The notes under the pieces are model-generated. The model saw nothing but the letters and a program-made list of their open reading frames with translations, was not told the origin of the DNA and searched no databases. Source: Planctomycetota bacterium (GTDB taxonomy: Bacteria; Planctomycetota; SZUA-567; H5-PLA8). From it: DNA of 64,000 bases. Shown here piece after piece: positions 49,840 to 59,358 of this stretch; position 1 is the stretch's first letter; every line of letters starts with the position of its first letter. The position numbers were made by a program, and so were the translations under genes. The stretch spans positions 64,001 through 128,000 of the forward strand of contig JBBRPR010000014.1 of NCBI GenBank assembly GCA_038227875.1, written 5' to 3'.

Positions 49840-51116
49840 GTGGCCGGATTTCATCCCGATACCGCCGAGTCCGGAAGTGAAGGCGCTTCGTCGCTGACTC
49901 CCATCACTGTCGCGCTGATTGGCATGCTGGTGATGTCGGCAGTCTTGAATTACGTCGACCGCTTGACGACCAGCGCGCTGGCGCCCACGTTGAAGGCGGA
50001 ATTTTCGCTCAACGACACTCAGTGGGGCTGGGTGAATTCCGCGTTCGCGCTCGCCTATATTTTCAGCAGCGTGTTTGGCGGCGCGTGGATTGACCGCGTC
50101 GGTGTGCGCAAGGGCTTGATGATCAGTTCGCTGATTTGGTCGCTGGCCGCCATGGGCCATGCCTTCGCGACTGGTTTCAAGAGTCTCTGTTTCTGGCGCA
50201 TGCTGCTGGCGCTGGGAGAAGGACCGGGCATTCCCTGCATGTTAAAAGGCATGCGCCGCCTGATGCCGCCACGCATGCGCGACACCGGAACCGGTCTGAT
50301 CTTCGCTGGCGGCGCGGCCGGCGCATTGATCGCGCCGCTGTGCGTCATTCCCATTGCCACGCACTTTCACAGTTGGCAGGCCGCCTTCCTGACCACTGGT
50401 GGAATGGGGATGTTGTGGCTGCCGATCTGGATTGCGCTCGCCTTTCGTTCCAACGTTCCGCTCGGCCCGGCGGAAATTAAATTGACGGCCGGCAACGACA
50501 CCGCCCCGCAGCCGCTCCGCTGGAGTTCCCTGGCGCTGTGGGCGACCTTGGCTGCCGTCTTCTTCACCGTCGCGCCCACCGTGTACGCCAATAATTTTCT
50601 CTCGCTCCATCTGACAAAAAGTTTCGGACTCACACAGGAAGTCGTCGGACACTACATGTGGCAGCCGTTTCTTGCGGTCGACATCGGACAATTGATCGGC
50701 GGATTCGCGGCGACGTTCTTGTTGACCCGGGGCTTCACCTACTTGAACGCGCGCCGGCTGGTCATGTCGATCGGATTCATCGGCGCCACGCTGATCCTGG
50801 GCATGGCGCACGAGAAGGAAGTGCAGGCGGCGCTCAATTGGCTCATCGCGTCCCGTTTTTATACCAGGCCGCGTATACGGTGCTGATGGCGTATGGCGTG
50901 GAGTCCGTGGCCGAAGGTCAGACGGCGCGAATGGCGGGCTTGATGAACGCGACCTTCTCCGCGTGCAATTTTGTCTTCAGTCCGATCATCGGCAATCTCG
51001 CCGACAATCACGGCTACTCGGCTGTAATTACTCTGATTGGCGTGACGCCGCTGGTGGGGCTTGCCTGCTGGATCGTGCTGAGTCATTTGCATGCGCGCGC
51101 TGCAAGCAAAATCTAG
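49840..51116 (+). pseudogene. MFS transporter (ExuT/ACS-like) split by a 1-nt deletion-type frameshift at the T5 run 50856-50860
   Basis: LNYVDR, WIDRVGVRKG; frame 1 ends SRFYTRPRIRC; one added T gives SRFLYQAAYTVL.. through FSPIIGNLADNHGY to stop 51116. Confidence 0.75.
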
Positions 51117-51952
51117 CGCTTCTGTTTCGCGCGATAGCGGAGCGGCGATTCGCCGGTCTCCTGTTTGAAGCGCTTGGAGAAGTGGTACACGTCCCGGTAT
51201 CCCGTCTGGCTCCCGACTTCGCTGACAGGCAACCGCGTGCGCGCAAGCAGGTGTTTCGCGCGTTCCATGCGTGCTTCAGTCAAGGCGGCGACCGGCGAGC
51301 GTCCCATTTCCTTCGAGAACTTCTGGCACAGGTAGCGGGGATGCAGCCCGACCAGCGCGCCCAGGTCGCGCAGTTGAAGCGGCGAATCGCAATGCAGTTG
51401 GATGTACTCCATCACGAATTCGCAGGTCCGTTTGTCGGCGTTGTTGGCCGGCGCGTTCTCGTTGGCCTTCAAATAGCGGACGAGCAGCAGAAAAAATGTT
51501 GAAAGCAGCGCGGCGGCGATTTCGAAGTGGCCGTGTTGAAAGCTGTTGGCTTCGGCGCTCGCCTTGCGAAAGTAGCCGTCGAGCTCCCGGAATTGGGCGG
51601 CGGGCAAAACGTTGAGGTTCGCGAGGAAATTGGGAAAGCGCAGCGTGCGGTTCTTTCTCCCCAGCGTGAATTTAAAGCTGATGCCTTGCATCGGACGTTC
51701 GCGGTCGGCCAGAAAACTGTGGCGGTCGTCCGGATTCGAAATGTAGACGTCGCCGGCTTTGATCCGGTAAGTCCGGCGGTTGATCACAACCTGCCCGCTG
51801 CCCTTATAAAAGTAGTCGATCTGGTAATAATTGTGTACGTGCGGCTGGATCTTGCGCAACGCGGGCCACGACAGATCTTCGCTGAAGATCACGCTGGGAT
51901 TGCGCAAGCATCCGCTAAGCTTTTCCGGCCAGCTTTCCACATTCATTTTCAT
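51113..51952 (-). CDS. AraC family transcriptional regulator
   Basis: PHVH cupin; VGLHPRYL..F, VSEVG..GY.D.YHFSKRFKQETG. Confidence 0.9.
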   Translation of the reverse strand: MKMNVESWPEKLSGCLRNPSVIFSEDLSWPALRKIQPHVHNYYQIDYFYKGSGQVVINRRTYRIKAGDVYISNPDDRHSFLADRERPMQGISFKFTLGRKNRTLRFPNFLANLNVLPAAQFRELDGYFRKASAEANSFQHGHFEIAAALLSTFFLLLVRYLKANENAPANNADKRTCEFVMEYIQLHCDSPLQLRDLGALVGLHPRYLCQKFSKEMGRSPVAALTEARMERAKHLLARTRLPVSEVGSQTGYRDVYHFSKRFKQETGESPLRYRAKQKR

Positions 51953-52056
51953 GCCTGAATAATATACAAAATAATATTCATTACAACTGAATCCGACCCA
52001 TTGTCTGGGGCGCAGTCGTGGGCCATAATATGCCGGTCAGTTTGAACGGAGGTGTC

Positions 52057-52893
52057 ATGAAGCTCATCTACTTCACGAAGTTTCTCAAAGGACTTACCGC
52101 TGAGCAAGTCGGCGCGACTGCAGCGTCGCTCGGGTTTGCGGGCTTGGATCTGGCCATTCGACCGGGCCAGTGTGTCGAAGCCGGTAACGTCGGAGCCGCG
52201 CTGCCGGCGGCGATGAAAATTTGGCGTGATCGCGGACTGTCGGTGCCGCTTGCCACGCTGGAGGGCACGCCGACCGATCCGCACAAGAAGGAGACGGGAA
52301 GCATTTACGCGGCTTGCGCCGAACATGGCATTCCGAACATCAAGCTCGGTTATTGGCTGTGGCGCGAGGGCAAGTGGAGCGGCAAAAATCTTCCCTACTG
52401 GCAGGGCGTGGAGCAGATTCGGTCGGACCTCGAGTCGCTTCAGCGCCTGGGCGAAAAGTACGGCGTGCGCAGTCTCGTTCACACGCACTGCGACAATTAC
52501 TACGGCATGAATGCCTCCTCTGCGCGGCACCTGGTCAACGGCTTCGATCCGCGCTACATCGGAATTTACCTCGACCCCGCGCATCTTTCCGCCGATGGCG
52601 AGACGCTGCCGATGGGCCTCGATATCTGCGGCGAATACCTGCACATGGTTGCCGCAAAGAATGTCCGCTATCAGCTCTCCAATTCGGACGCGCCTGCAAC
52701 GTGGAAACACGATTGGTGCCAGCTCTCCGAGGGTCTCGTCCACTGGCCCAACGCGATCGCGTCGCTGAAAGCTGTCGGCTACGACGGTGCGATCAGCGTG
52801 CACGGCGAATATTCCGGTCCCGAGGTACTTCCAGAGATTCTTGAAAAGGTGAAAACTGACGTCGCATTTTTGAAACCGCTCATTCCCGCGTGA
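52057..52893 (+). CDS. Sugar phosphate isomerase/epimerase (xylose isomerase-like TIM barrel)
   Basis: GFAGLDL..RPG, HTH, YLDPAH, GYDGAISVHGEY; GGAGG RBS, ATG 52057. Confidence 0.8.
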   Translation: MKLIYFTKFLKGLTAEQVGATAASLGFAGLDLAIRPGQCVEAGNVGAALPAAMKIWRDRGLSVPLATLEGTPTDPHKKETGSIYAACAEHGIPNIKLGYWLWREGKWSGKNLPYWQGVEQIRSDLESLQRLGEKYGVRSLVHTHCDNYYGMNASSARHLVNGFDPRYIGIYLDPAHLSADGETLPMGLDICGEYLHMVAAKNVRYQLSNSDAPATWKHDWCQLSEGLVHWPNAIASLKAVGYDGAISVHGEYSGPEVLPEILEKVKTDVAFLKPLIPA

Positions 52894-52896
52894 AAG

Positions 52897-53667
52897 GTGT
52901 CGACCATGACAGAAGCTCAGCAAGCCCGCCTCGCCATGCGTAAGGGCGAATGGACCGGACCGACGCAGTTTAAAGTTCCGGGATTCGTGCAGACCAATCT
53001 CGTTGTGCTGCCACAATCCGACGCATACGACTTCCTGGTTTTCTGCCAGCGCAATCCCAAGGCGTGCCCGCTGATCGATGTCACCGACCCCGGCGACCCG
53101 GCGCCGCGCATGACCGCGCCAGAAGCGGATCTGCGCACCGATCTGCCGCAGTACGCCGTCTATCGCAAGGGCGTGCGCGAGAAGAACGTCACGGACATTA
53201 CCGATCTGTGGAAAAAGGACAGCGTTGCGTTCCTGATTGGCTCAAGCCTGACCTTTGACGATGCGTTGGAGAAAGCGGGCGTGCCGAAATCGAAGGACGT
53301 TTGGGTGTTGAACACGACGATCCCGACGAAGCAGGCCGGAAAGTTCAAGGGACCCGTCGTGGTTACGATGCGTTGGATGACGCCCGCTCAGGCCGTCATC
53401 GCCTGCAACCTCACCAACCGTTTCCCGAACAACCACGGCGCGCCGCTGCATCTCGGCGATCCGCGCGAAATCGGCGCCGATCTCGATCATCCGATTGTCG
53501 GAGAGCCCGTGAAAAACATTCCCGCTGGTGTGATGCCGGTGTTCTGGGCCTGCGGTGTGACGCCTCAGCGCGTAGCGCTGGAATCGAAACCCGACTTGAT
53601 GATCACACACGCGCCGGCGCATGCGTTCGTGACCGATTTGCGCGTGGAACAATTCTGCCTTCCTTAG
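52897..53667 (+). CDS. DUF1445/YcsI family protein (D-glutamate cyclase-like)
   Basis: QTNLVVLP, FCQRNPKACPL, DLRTDLP.Y, HGAP.H.GDP, PVFWACGVTPQ, ITHAP. Confidence 0.85.
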   Translation: MSTMTEAQQARLAMRKGEWTGPTQFKVPGFVQTNLVVLPQSDAYDFLVFCQRNPKACPLIDVTDPGDPAPRMTAPEADLRTDLPQYAVYRKGVREKNVTDITDLWKKDSVAFLIGSSLTFDDALEKAGVPKSKDVWVLNTTIPTKQAGKFKGPVVVTMRWMTPAQAVIACNLTNRFPNNHGAPLHLGDPREIGADLDHPIVGEPVKNIPAGVMPVFWACGVTPQRVALESKPDLMITHAPAHAFVTDLRVEQFCLP

Positions 53668-53691
53668 CCTCAACCTTCCTGGAGAACTGAA

Positions 53692-54738
53692 ATGAAGACG
53701 TTGCGTTTTGGTGTGATCGGATGCGGTTTCATGGGCGGGCTTCATGTACTGAACGCCAAGAGCATCCCTGATGTGAATGTGGTCGCCTACGCTGATGTGC
53801 GGAAAGAATCGGCGGAGCAATTCCTGAAAGAGTACGGCGGCGATTATGCGACGAACGACGCAGATCGTATTTTCGCTGACAAGAACATCGACGCGGTGCT
53901 GATCCAGACCGGCGAGCGCTACCATCCGGCGCTGGGCATTTCGGCGGCGAAGGCTGGCAAGCACACGTTTATGGAGAAACCGGTCGCGGTCACAGTAGAA
54001 GACGCCCTGGCGCTCGAACGCGAAGTGCGCAAATCCAAGGTGAAGTACCTCGTCGGGTTGTGCAATCGGCTCGCGCCAGCAGTGAAACGCGCCAAGGAAC
54101 TGCTCCCGCGACCGTGGATAACGTACGGGCAGTGCTCCGACACGGTCTCCGCGCAGGCTTGCCACAATCTCGATTTGATCGTTCACCTTTTCCACACCGC
54201 GCCGCTGGTCAGCATCTACGCGGCAGGCGGATCGTACTATGAACTCGATAAGCATCTGCCCGCCGATAGTTTCATTGCGACGCTGCGTTTCGCCGACGGT
54301 TCGCAGGCCTGTTACATTCAGCACGGAAAGGCCTACAACGCGCTGATGACGAAGTACTCGTTCCAGCTTTTCGGCAAGGACCGCAGTGTCTTCCTGTCGC
54401 GGCGCTTCAAGGAATGTCATCTCAGCACCAATCTGAAAGCGCCTGATTTCTCGACTGTGTTTGCGGGCCCGGATTTCACGCCGACGAATTCCGCCGAGCA
54501 CCACAAGGACGTACGCGGTCCGCACGGCTACATGGGTCACTACGATGAACTCGTCGCGCTCTGCGATGCCATCCGCAACGACACCGAGCCGCCGATGACC
54601 ATCGAACACGGCCGCCATGTGCTGCAGGTGGAGAAAGCGATCTTCGAATCAATCACGACGGGAGCGCTGGTGGACTATCCGAAGTTTTTAGCGCGCTGGG
54701 ATTCGAAACAGCCGTGCGAAACGGCGAACAAGCAGTAA
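53692..54738 (+). CDS. Gfo/Idh/MocA oxidoreductase
   Basis: GVIGCGFMG, AGKHTFMEKP, CHNLD. Confidence 0.85.
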   Translation: MKTLRFGVIGCGFMGGLHVLNAKSIPDVNVVAYADVRKESAEQFLKEYGGDYATNDADRIFADKNIDAVLIQTGERYHPALGISAAKAGKHTFMEKPVAVTVEDALALEREVRKSKVKYLVGLCNRLAPAVKRAKELLPRPWITYGQCSDTVSAQACHNLDLIVHLFHTAPLVSIYAAGGSYYELDKHLPADSFIATLRFADGSQACYIQHGKAYNALMTKYSFQLFGKDRSVFLSRRFKECHLSTNLKAPDFSTVFAGPDFTPTNSAEHHKDVRGPHGYMGHYDELVALCDAIRNDTEPPMTIEHGRHVLQVEKAIFESITTGALVDYPKFLARWDSKQPCETANKQ

Positions 54739-54763
54739 GCAGAGCCATTGGACGCAAGACCAC

Positions 54764-54804
54764 GCTGAGGCGGCCGCTGTAGGGCCGCCTCAGCTATTTT
54801 ATTT
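54764..54804 (+). terminator. Intrinsic terminator between convergent genes
   Basis: GCTGAGGCGGCC-gctgtag-GGCCGCCTCAGC followed by TATTTTATTT. Confidence 0.8.
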
Positions 54805-55550
54805 CAGCGCCGAATATCCGTTACCTTTGCAATATTTTCTCCAACTTCCCCACTCACCAGAAACACCGGCCCAAAGTGGTTCGCGACATCGACGCGTGTG
54901 GTCTTTGCGTTGGCGTAGCGCATGGTATATCCGGCGCGGCGGCGCTCGCTGAAATTCGCGTCGCTGCCATGCAGGATGTACGAGTCGTGAATTGAAATCT
55001 CGCCCGCCGCCAACTCCACCGGGACGGCCAGCTTTTCGAGCTCCGGTGAGACTTCGACTTTCAGGTTGAAGACGTCGTCGCCTTTTTCGTAGACGATGGC
55101 CATTTCGGGAAAGCCCTGCTGCGAGGACGGAATGACATTCATGCAGCCGTTGCCCGTGTCGGCGTTGTCGATGGCCAGCCAGACCGTGACGATGTCGGTG
55201 CCTTTCACCGAGGTCCACGTCGGCCGATCCTGATGCCACGCAACCTTCTTGCCTTCGCGCGCCGGTTTGACGATCAGGTGCGACATGATCAGCACGAGAT
55301 CGTTGCCCAGCACAGACCTCACCGCATCGAGCACCTTCGGATGTCGGCAGAGCTCCAGCCAGTACAGGCTTTTTACGTGCGGTTCGGTGAGGTACTCCGG
55401 GCGCACGTCCTTGTTCTCGGCCATGAGCTTGTCGAGCTCGGCGCGCGCATGCGCGATTTCGTCATTCGACAAGGTCTGATCGAAGACGCAGTAACCTTCC
55501 GTACTGAACTGCCTGGGGTTGGTATTGAGCCGGCCGGTCGTGACGTTCAT
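54804..55550 (-). CDS. PhyH family dioxygenase (third, divergent)
   Basis: WHQD, VWLAID..NGCM..IP.S, HGS..N.S..RR; AAGGAG RBS, ATG 55550. Confidence 0.9.
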   Translation of the reverse strand: MNVTTGRLNTNPRQFSTEGYCVFDQTLSNDEIAHARAELDKLMAENKDVRPEYLTEPHVKSLYWLELCRHPKVLDAVRSVLGNDLVLIMSHLIVKPAREGKKVAWHQDRPTWTSVKGTDIVTVWLAIDNADTGNGCMNVIPSSQQGFPEMAIVYEKGDDVFNLKVEVSPELEKLAVPVELAAGEISIHDSYILHGSDANFSERRRAGYTMRYANAKTTRVDVANHFGPVFLVSGEVGENIAKVTDIRR

Positions 55551-55638
55551 TTCAGCATTCTCCTTTGAAGGGTGCACCATACTGCACCAGTAAAAGGCTA
55601 AAGCGACGGAATCGGGATTCAATATCTTTCTGGTGGAA

Positions 55639-56670
55639 TTATTTTGAGGTCGATTGACGGATGCGCAGCACAGGCGCGATGGTCGCGCGCTCAGGTGGGC
55701 CCTTCGGATTCGCGACCCGACGACGCAACATGCTCAGGAGTTCCTCGGCCGTCTGCTCAAAGGAATACAGCACCGACGTTGTGGGCACGACCATCTCGTT
55801 GGGATCAACACTGTCGTCGAATCCGGCGACGGCGATGTCTTTCGGCACACGCAGACCCGCTTCAGCCAGCGCGCGCTGTCCGCCCATGGCCATGTAGTCG
55901 TTGAAGTAAAAAATCGCGCGAGGCCGCTGTCCATTCGACAGCAACGCCTTCGTCGCCTCGTAACCTCCCCGATACGAATTGGGACCGATGGGCATCCAGG
56001 CCTTCTGCGGCCTGACTCCGGCGCGCTTAAGTATCTCCAAATATCCCGCGAGGCGCTCGTCCCTCGCGTCGTGGCTGATACCCACATATGCCACCGCCGG
56101 CCCAAAGCGTTCCACGAGATGCCCGACCACCTGGCGCGCGCCGCTAAGCACATCCGCGCAGACAAAATCGCAGTCCGCCTCGCCCGCTCCAAAGGCTGCG
56201 ACGGCAAGGTTCAGTTTGCGAATCGCTGCGGGCATCGAGTTGCCTTGCATGACCAACCCCTGAGCGCCACGCGCTACGAGCGACTTGGCGAACGCCAATG
56301 AAACGCTTCCGTTGTCTTCGGGGGTATGCAGCATCAGCGAGATGCCGTCGCGCGCCGCCGCGCGCTCGATGGCCCGGACGCTTTTCGAGAAGTACGGGTT
56401 TTCCAGTTGGGAGACGCTCAGTCCCACCAGCGTCAGCGCGGCTGTCGGCTTCGTTCGCGAAACGAATGTGCCTTTGCCTTTCACGCGCGTGAGCAGACCT
56501 TCGTTAACGAGCGACGCCACGGCCTTATTGGCGGTCTTGAAGTTGACGCTGTAGCGCTGGGAGAGTTCGCGTTCGCCGGGCACTTTTCCGGTGAAGCGGC
56601 GGGCCTGGATGTCGCGGCGCAGACTTTCCGCGACTTGTTTATAGAGGGGTTCGTCGACCTTGAATTGCAT
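55639..56670 (-). CDS. GntR-HTH / LacI-sensor (AraR-type) regulator
   Basis: PLYKQV..PGERELS..GKGTFV; NPYFS, NDYMA, VPKDIAVAGFDD. Confidence 0.9.
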   Translation of the reverse strand: MQFKVDEPLYKQVAESLRRDIQARRFTGKVPGERELSQRYSVNFKTANKAVASLVNEGLLTRVKGKGTFVSRTKPTAALTLVGLSVSQLENPYFSKSVRAIERAAARDGISLMLHTPEDNGSVSLAFAKSLVARGAQGLVMQGNSMPAAIRKLNLAVAAFGAGEADCDFVCADVLSGARQVVGHLVERFGPAVAYVGISHDARDERLAGYLEILKRAGVRPQKAWMPIGPNSYRGGYEATKALLSNGQRPRAIFYFNDYMAMGGQRALAEAGLRVPKDIAVAGFDDSVDPNEMVVPTTSVLYSFEQTAEELLSMLRRRVANPKGPPERATIAPVLRIRQSTSK

Positions 56671-56706
56671 GCCGTCTTGTAGCGCGCCGGCACGCGGCGG
56701 GCAACG

Positions 56707-57819
56707 TCACGCGTCGATTTCGCCGGGCAGCAGACCCAGCGGCAACGGCTTGGGTTTGACGCAGGTCGTCGCCAGTTCGATGTACTTCTTCTGCTCGGAT
56801 GCTTCCAGCAGCGAGGCCATGGCGTCGAGCACGTGGACACTGAGCTCGTCGCTGGCGCGGTGCGGGCGGTTGGAAACGATTGCCTGCGCCATATCGGCCA
56901 GGCCCAGTCCGCGCGAATTCTCTGCGTAGCCGTGCGTCAGCGGAACTTCCGACCAGTCCTTCGCGCCCTCTCGCTTGATGCGCACGGGTCCGCCGAACGT
57001 ATTGGGATCCGGTACGCTCATCGAGCCGGCCGTACCGTAGATTTCAATGCGCGGGAGCTCCGCGGCCCAGACATCGAAGCTCATCATGATCGTCGCGATC
57101 GCGCCGGTCTTGAATTCGAGCGTGCCGGCCACGTGCGTCGGCGTATTGACCTTGATCTTCGTGCCGTACTTCGGCTGGCTGGTGATCGTCCGTTCCGGAA
57201 AAGTCGCCCGCGCGGAACACGAGACGCGCTGAATCGGTCCGATCAGGAAGGCGAGGGCAGTCAGGTAATACGGTCCCATGTCGAAGAGCGGACCGGCCCC
57301 CTGCTGGTAAACGAACGTCGCGTCGGGATGCCAATTTTCGGGACCGTGCGAAGCCATGAACGCCGTAGCGCCGATCGGTTCGCCGATCCAACCGTCGTCG
57401 ATCAATTTTCGGCAGGTCTGCAAACCAGCGCCAAGGAACGTGTCGGGCGCGCAGCCGACGCGGAGGTTTTTGCTTTTCGCAAACTTCACGACTTTCTGCC
57501 CATCGGCGCGGTTGATCGCCAGCGGTTTCTCGCCGTAGACGTGTTTGCCGGCCTCCAGTCCCTGCAGCGAGACTTCGGCGTGCGCTTGCGGAATGGTGAG
57601 GTTCACGAGGATTTCCACGTCGGATGCGGTGAGCAGTTCGGCTACCGAGCAGGCGCGCGGAATCTTGAATTCGGCCGCGCGGGCTTTGGCGCGTTCCAGA
57701 TCGATGTCCGCGCACGCGACGATCTCGAGATTGCGGAATTTCTGCCCCGATTGCAAGTAGACGGCACTGATGTTGCCGCAGCCAATGACTCCAACTTTCG
57801 TCCGGCGTGGTGCGCTCAT
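56707..57819 (-). CDS. Gfo/Idh/MocA oxidoreductase
   Basis: GVIGCGNIS, GKHVYGEKP, CAPDTFLG, GPLFDMGPYY. Confidence 0.9.
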   Translation of the reverse strand: MSAPRRTKVGVIGCGNISAVYLQSGQKFRNLEIVACADIDLERAKARAAEFKIPRACSVAELLTASDVEILVNLTIPQAHAEVSLQGLEAGKHVYGEKPLAINRADGQKVVKFAKSKNLRVGCAPDTFLGAGLQTCRKLIDDGWIGEPIGATAFMASHGPENWHPDATFVYQQGAGPLFDMGPYYLTALAFLIGPIQRVSCSARATFPERTITSQPKYGTKIKVNTPTHVAGTLEFKTGAIATIMMSFDVWAAELPRIEIYGTAGSMSVPDPNTFGGPVRIKREGAKDWSEVPLTHGYAENSRGLGLADMAQAIVSNRPHRASDELSVHVLDAMASLLEASEQKKYIELATTCVKPKPLPLGLLPGEIDA

Positions 57820-57840
57820 GAGCTCTCCAGGATTCGATTG

Positions 57841-58632
57841 TTACCAGGACGGAATGGGCTTCTGCAGGGGATTTTCGATCCACAAGAACTGGCCGTTGAT
57901 TGCTTTGGACTCCTCGCTGATCAGCTTCAGGACCAGGTCCGACGCTTTGTTCGGGTCGTCGCCGCCGGTCTGCTCGACCCACTTCACCCAGTTCATGCAG
58001 CCTTTGCCGTTGTCGCCCTGTTCCTGCGCCATGTCGCGCATGTCGGCCCACATCGCGGTTTTCACTTCGCCGGGATGGATGACATTGGCGGTGACGTTTG
58101 TGTCTTTCAGTTCGGCGGCGAGATGGCGTGTAAAATGATTCAGCGCCACTTTGCTTGTCGCGTACGCGCTGTTCATCGGGCCAGGAACATGAAGCGCCGC
58201 GGCGGAACTGAAATTGATGATGCGGCCCCACTTCTGGTTGATCATTTCGCCTACGAACGCGCGGCAGGTCAGGTACGGGCCGATCGTGTTGACCATGATC
58301 GTCTCGATCCACTCTTTAGGGTCGGTATCTTTGAACATCTGCAGCGGTCCGAACATGCCGGCGGCGTTGACCAGAATATTCGGCGCGCCGACTTCAGCGA
58401 CAATCTTGCCCTGGAGTTTGGCGACCTGATCCACATCCGCGACGTTGGCGCTGAATGGCGTCGAAATACCGCCGGCCTTCTTGATTTGCTCGGCCGTTTC
58501 GATCAGCGCTTTTTCAGTCCGCGCGACCAGCACGACGTGCGCCCCTTGCTTGGCCAGCGCCAGCGCCACGGTCTGTCCCAACCCGCGGCTGGATCCGGTG
58601 ATCAGCGCGATTTTGCCGCTCAGTGTTCCCAT
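57841..58632 (-). CDS. Short-chain dehydrogenase/reductase (SDR)
   Basis: TGSSRGLG, NAAG, YATSK, HPG. Confidence 0.9.
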   Translation of the reverse strand: MGTLSGKIALITGSSRGLGQTVALALAKQGAHVVLVARTEKALIETAEQIKKAGGISTPFSANVADVDQVAKLQGKIVAEVGAPNILVNAAGMFGPLQMFKDTDPKEWIETIMVNTIGPYLTCRAFVGEMINQKWGRIINFSSAAALHVPGPMNSAYATSKVALNHFTRHLAAELKDTNVTANVIHPGEVKTAMWADMRDMAQEQGDNGKGCMNWVKWVEQTGGDDPNKASDLVLKLISEESKAINGQFLWIENPLQKPIPSW

Positions 58633-58734
58633 TGTTTTCTGCTCCTCTAAAATCTGGTGAGGTTCAATTATGACGCATCAACCGTTCGGACCCAATAGCC
58701 GCGATGGTCATTCGCATGTGTTATTTGATGTGGC

Positions 58735-59247
58735 TCACGAATGAGACGTTCCCGATTGTCGCTGCTGCCGGAGGTATAAAATCAGATCCGTGATCTCCGG
58801 CGTCTGCCCGAGCTGCCGGAGCAGCGTCGCGACCTGGCCGCGATGATACGTCGAATGATTGGCGACGTGGAGCATCATTCCGCCGAGCTGCTGCGTCGAA
58901 ACTTCGCCCTTCAGGCTCGTGATCGTCTGATCCGCCTGAAGCGATTCCGTTGTCTGCGCGGCGACGAACGCTTGCAGCTCTTTTGCCAGTTCCACCCAGC
59001 GCGTGTGGAGCGAGCCAGGCGTCGGGAAGTCGGCGGAATTCCAGAGTTGCGGCTTGGCGTTGTCCCGCCAGCGCGAGAGCCACAGCCACTGCGCGGAGAT
59101 CGTGTGCACGGCCGTGTCCCGGATGGACGTGTGGCTGCTGCTCAGCGCGCGCGTCCACTGCTCGTCATTCAGGCGCGTGAGCGCCGCGAACATCCGCGTG
59201 TCAGCCCACTGCGTGTAGGCGTACATCAGCTGCACTGTGGAAAGCAT
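58735..59247 (-). CDS. DinB family protein
   Basis: YTQWAD, SIRDT..H, HVANHSTYHRGQ. Confidence 0.9.
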   Translation of the reverse strand: MLSTVQLMYAYTQWADTRMFAALTRLNDEQWTRALSSSHTSIRDTAVHTISAQWLWLSRWRDNAKPQLWNSADFPTPGSLHTRWVELAKELQAFVAAQTTESLQADQTITSLKGEVSTQQLGGMMLHVANHSTYHRGQVATLLRQLGQTPEITDLILYLRQQRQSGTSHS

Positions 59248-59358
59248 GGTTTCTCCTCATTGCTAATGACGACGTTTTCAGGCGCGGATTTTTTGGCAGT
59301 TTCCAGCGTGCTTGCGCGACTTGTCTTTGTGGAAAACCCCGGAATACTCAGCGCCACT

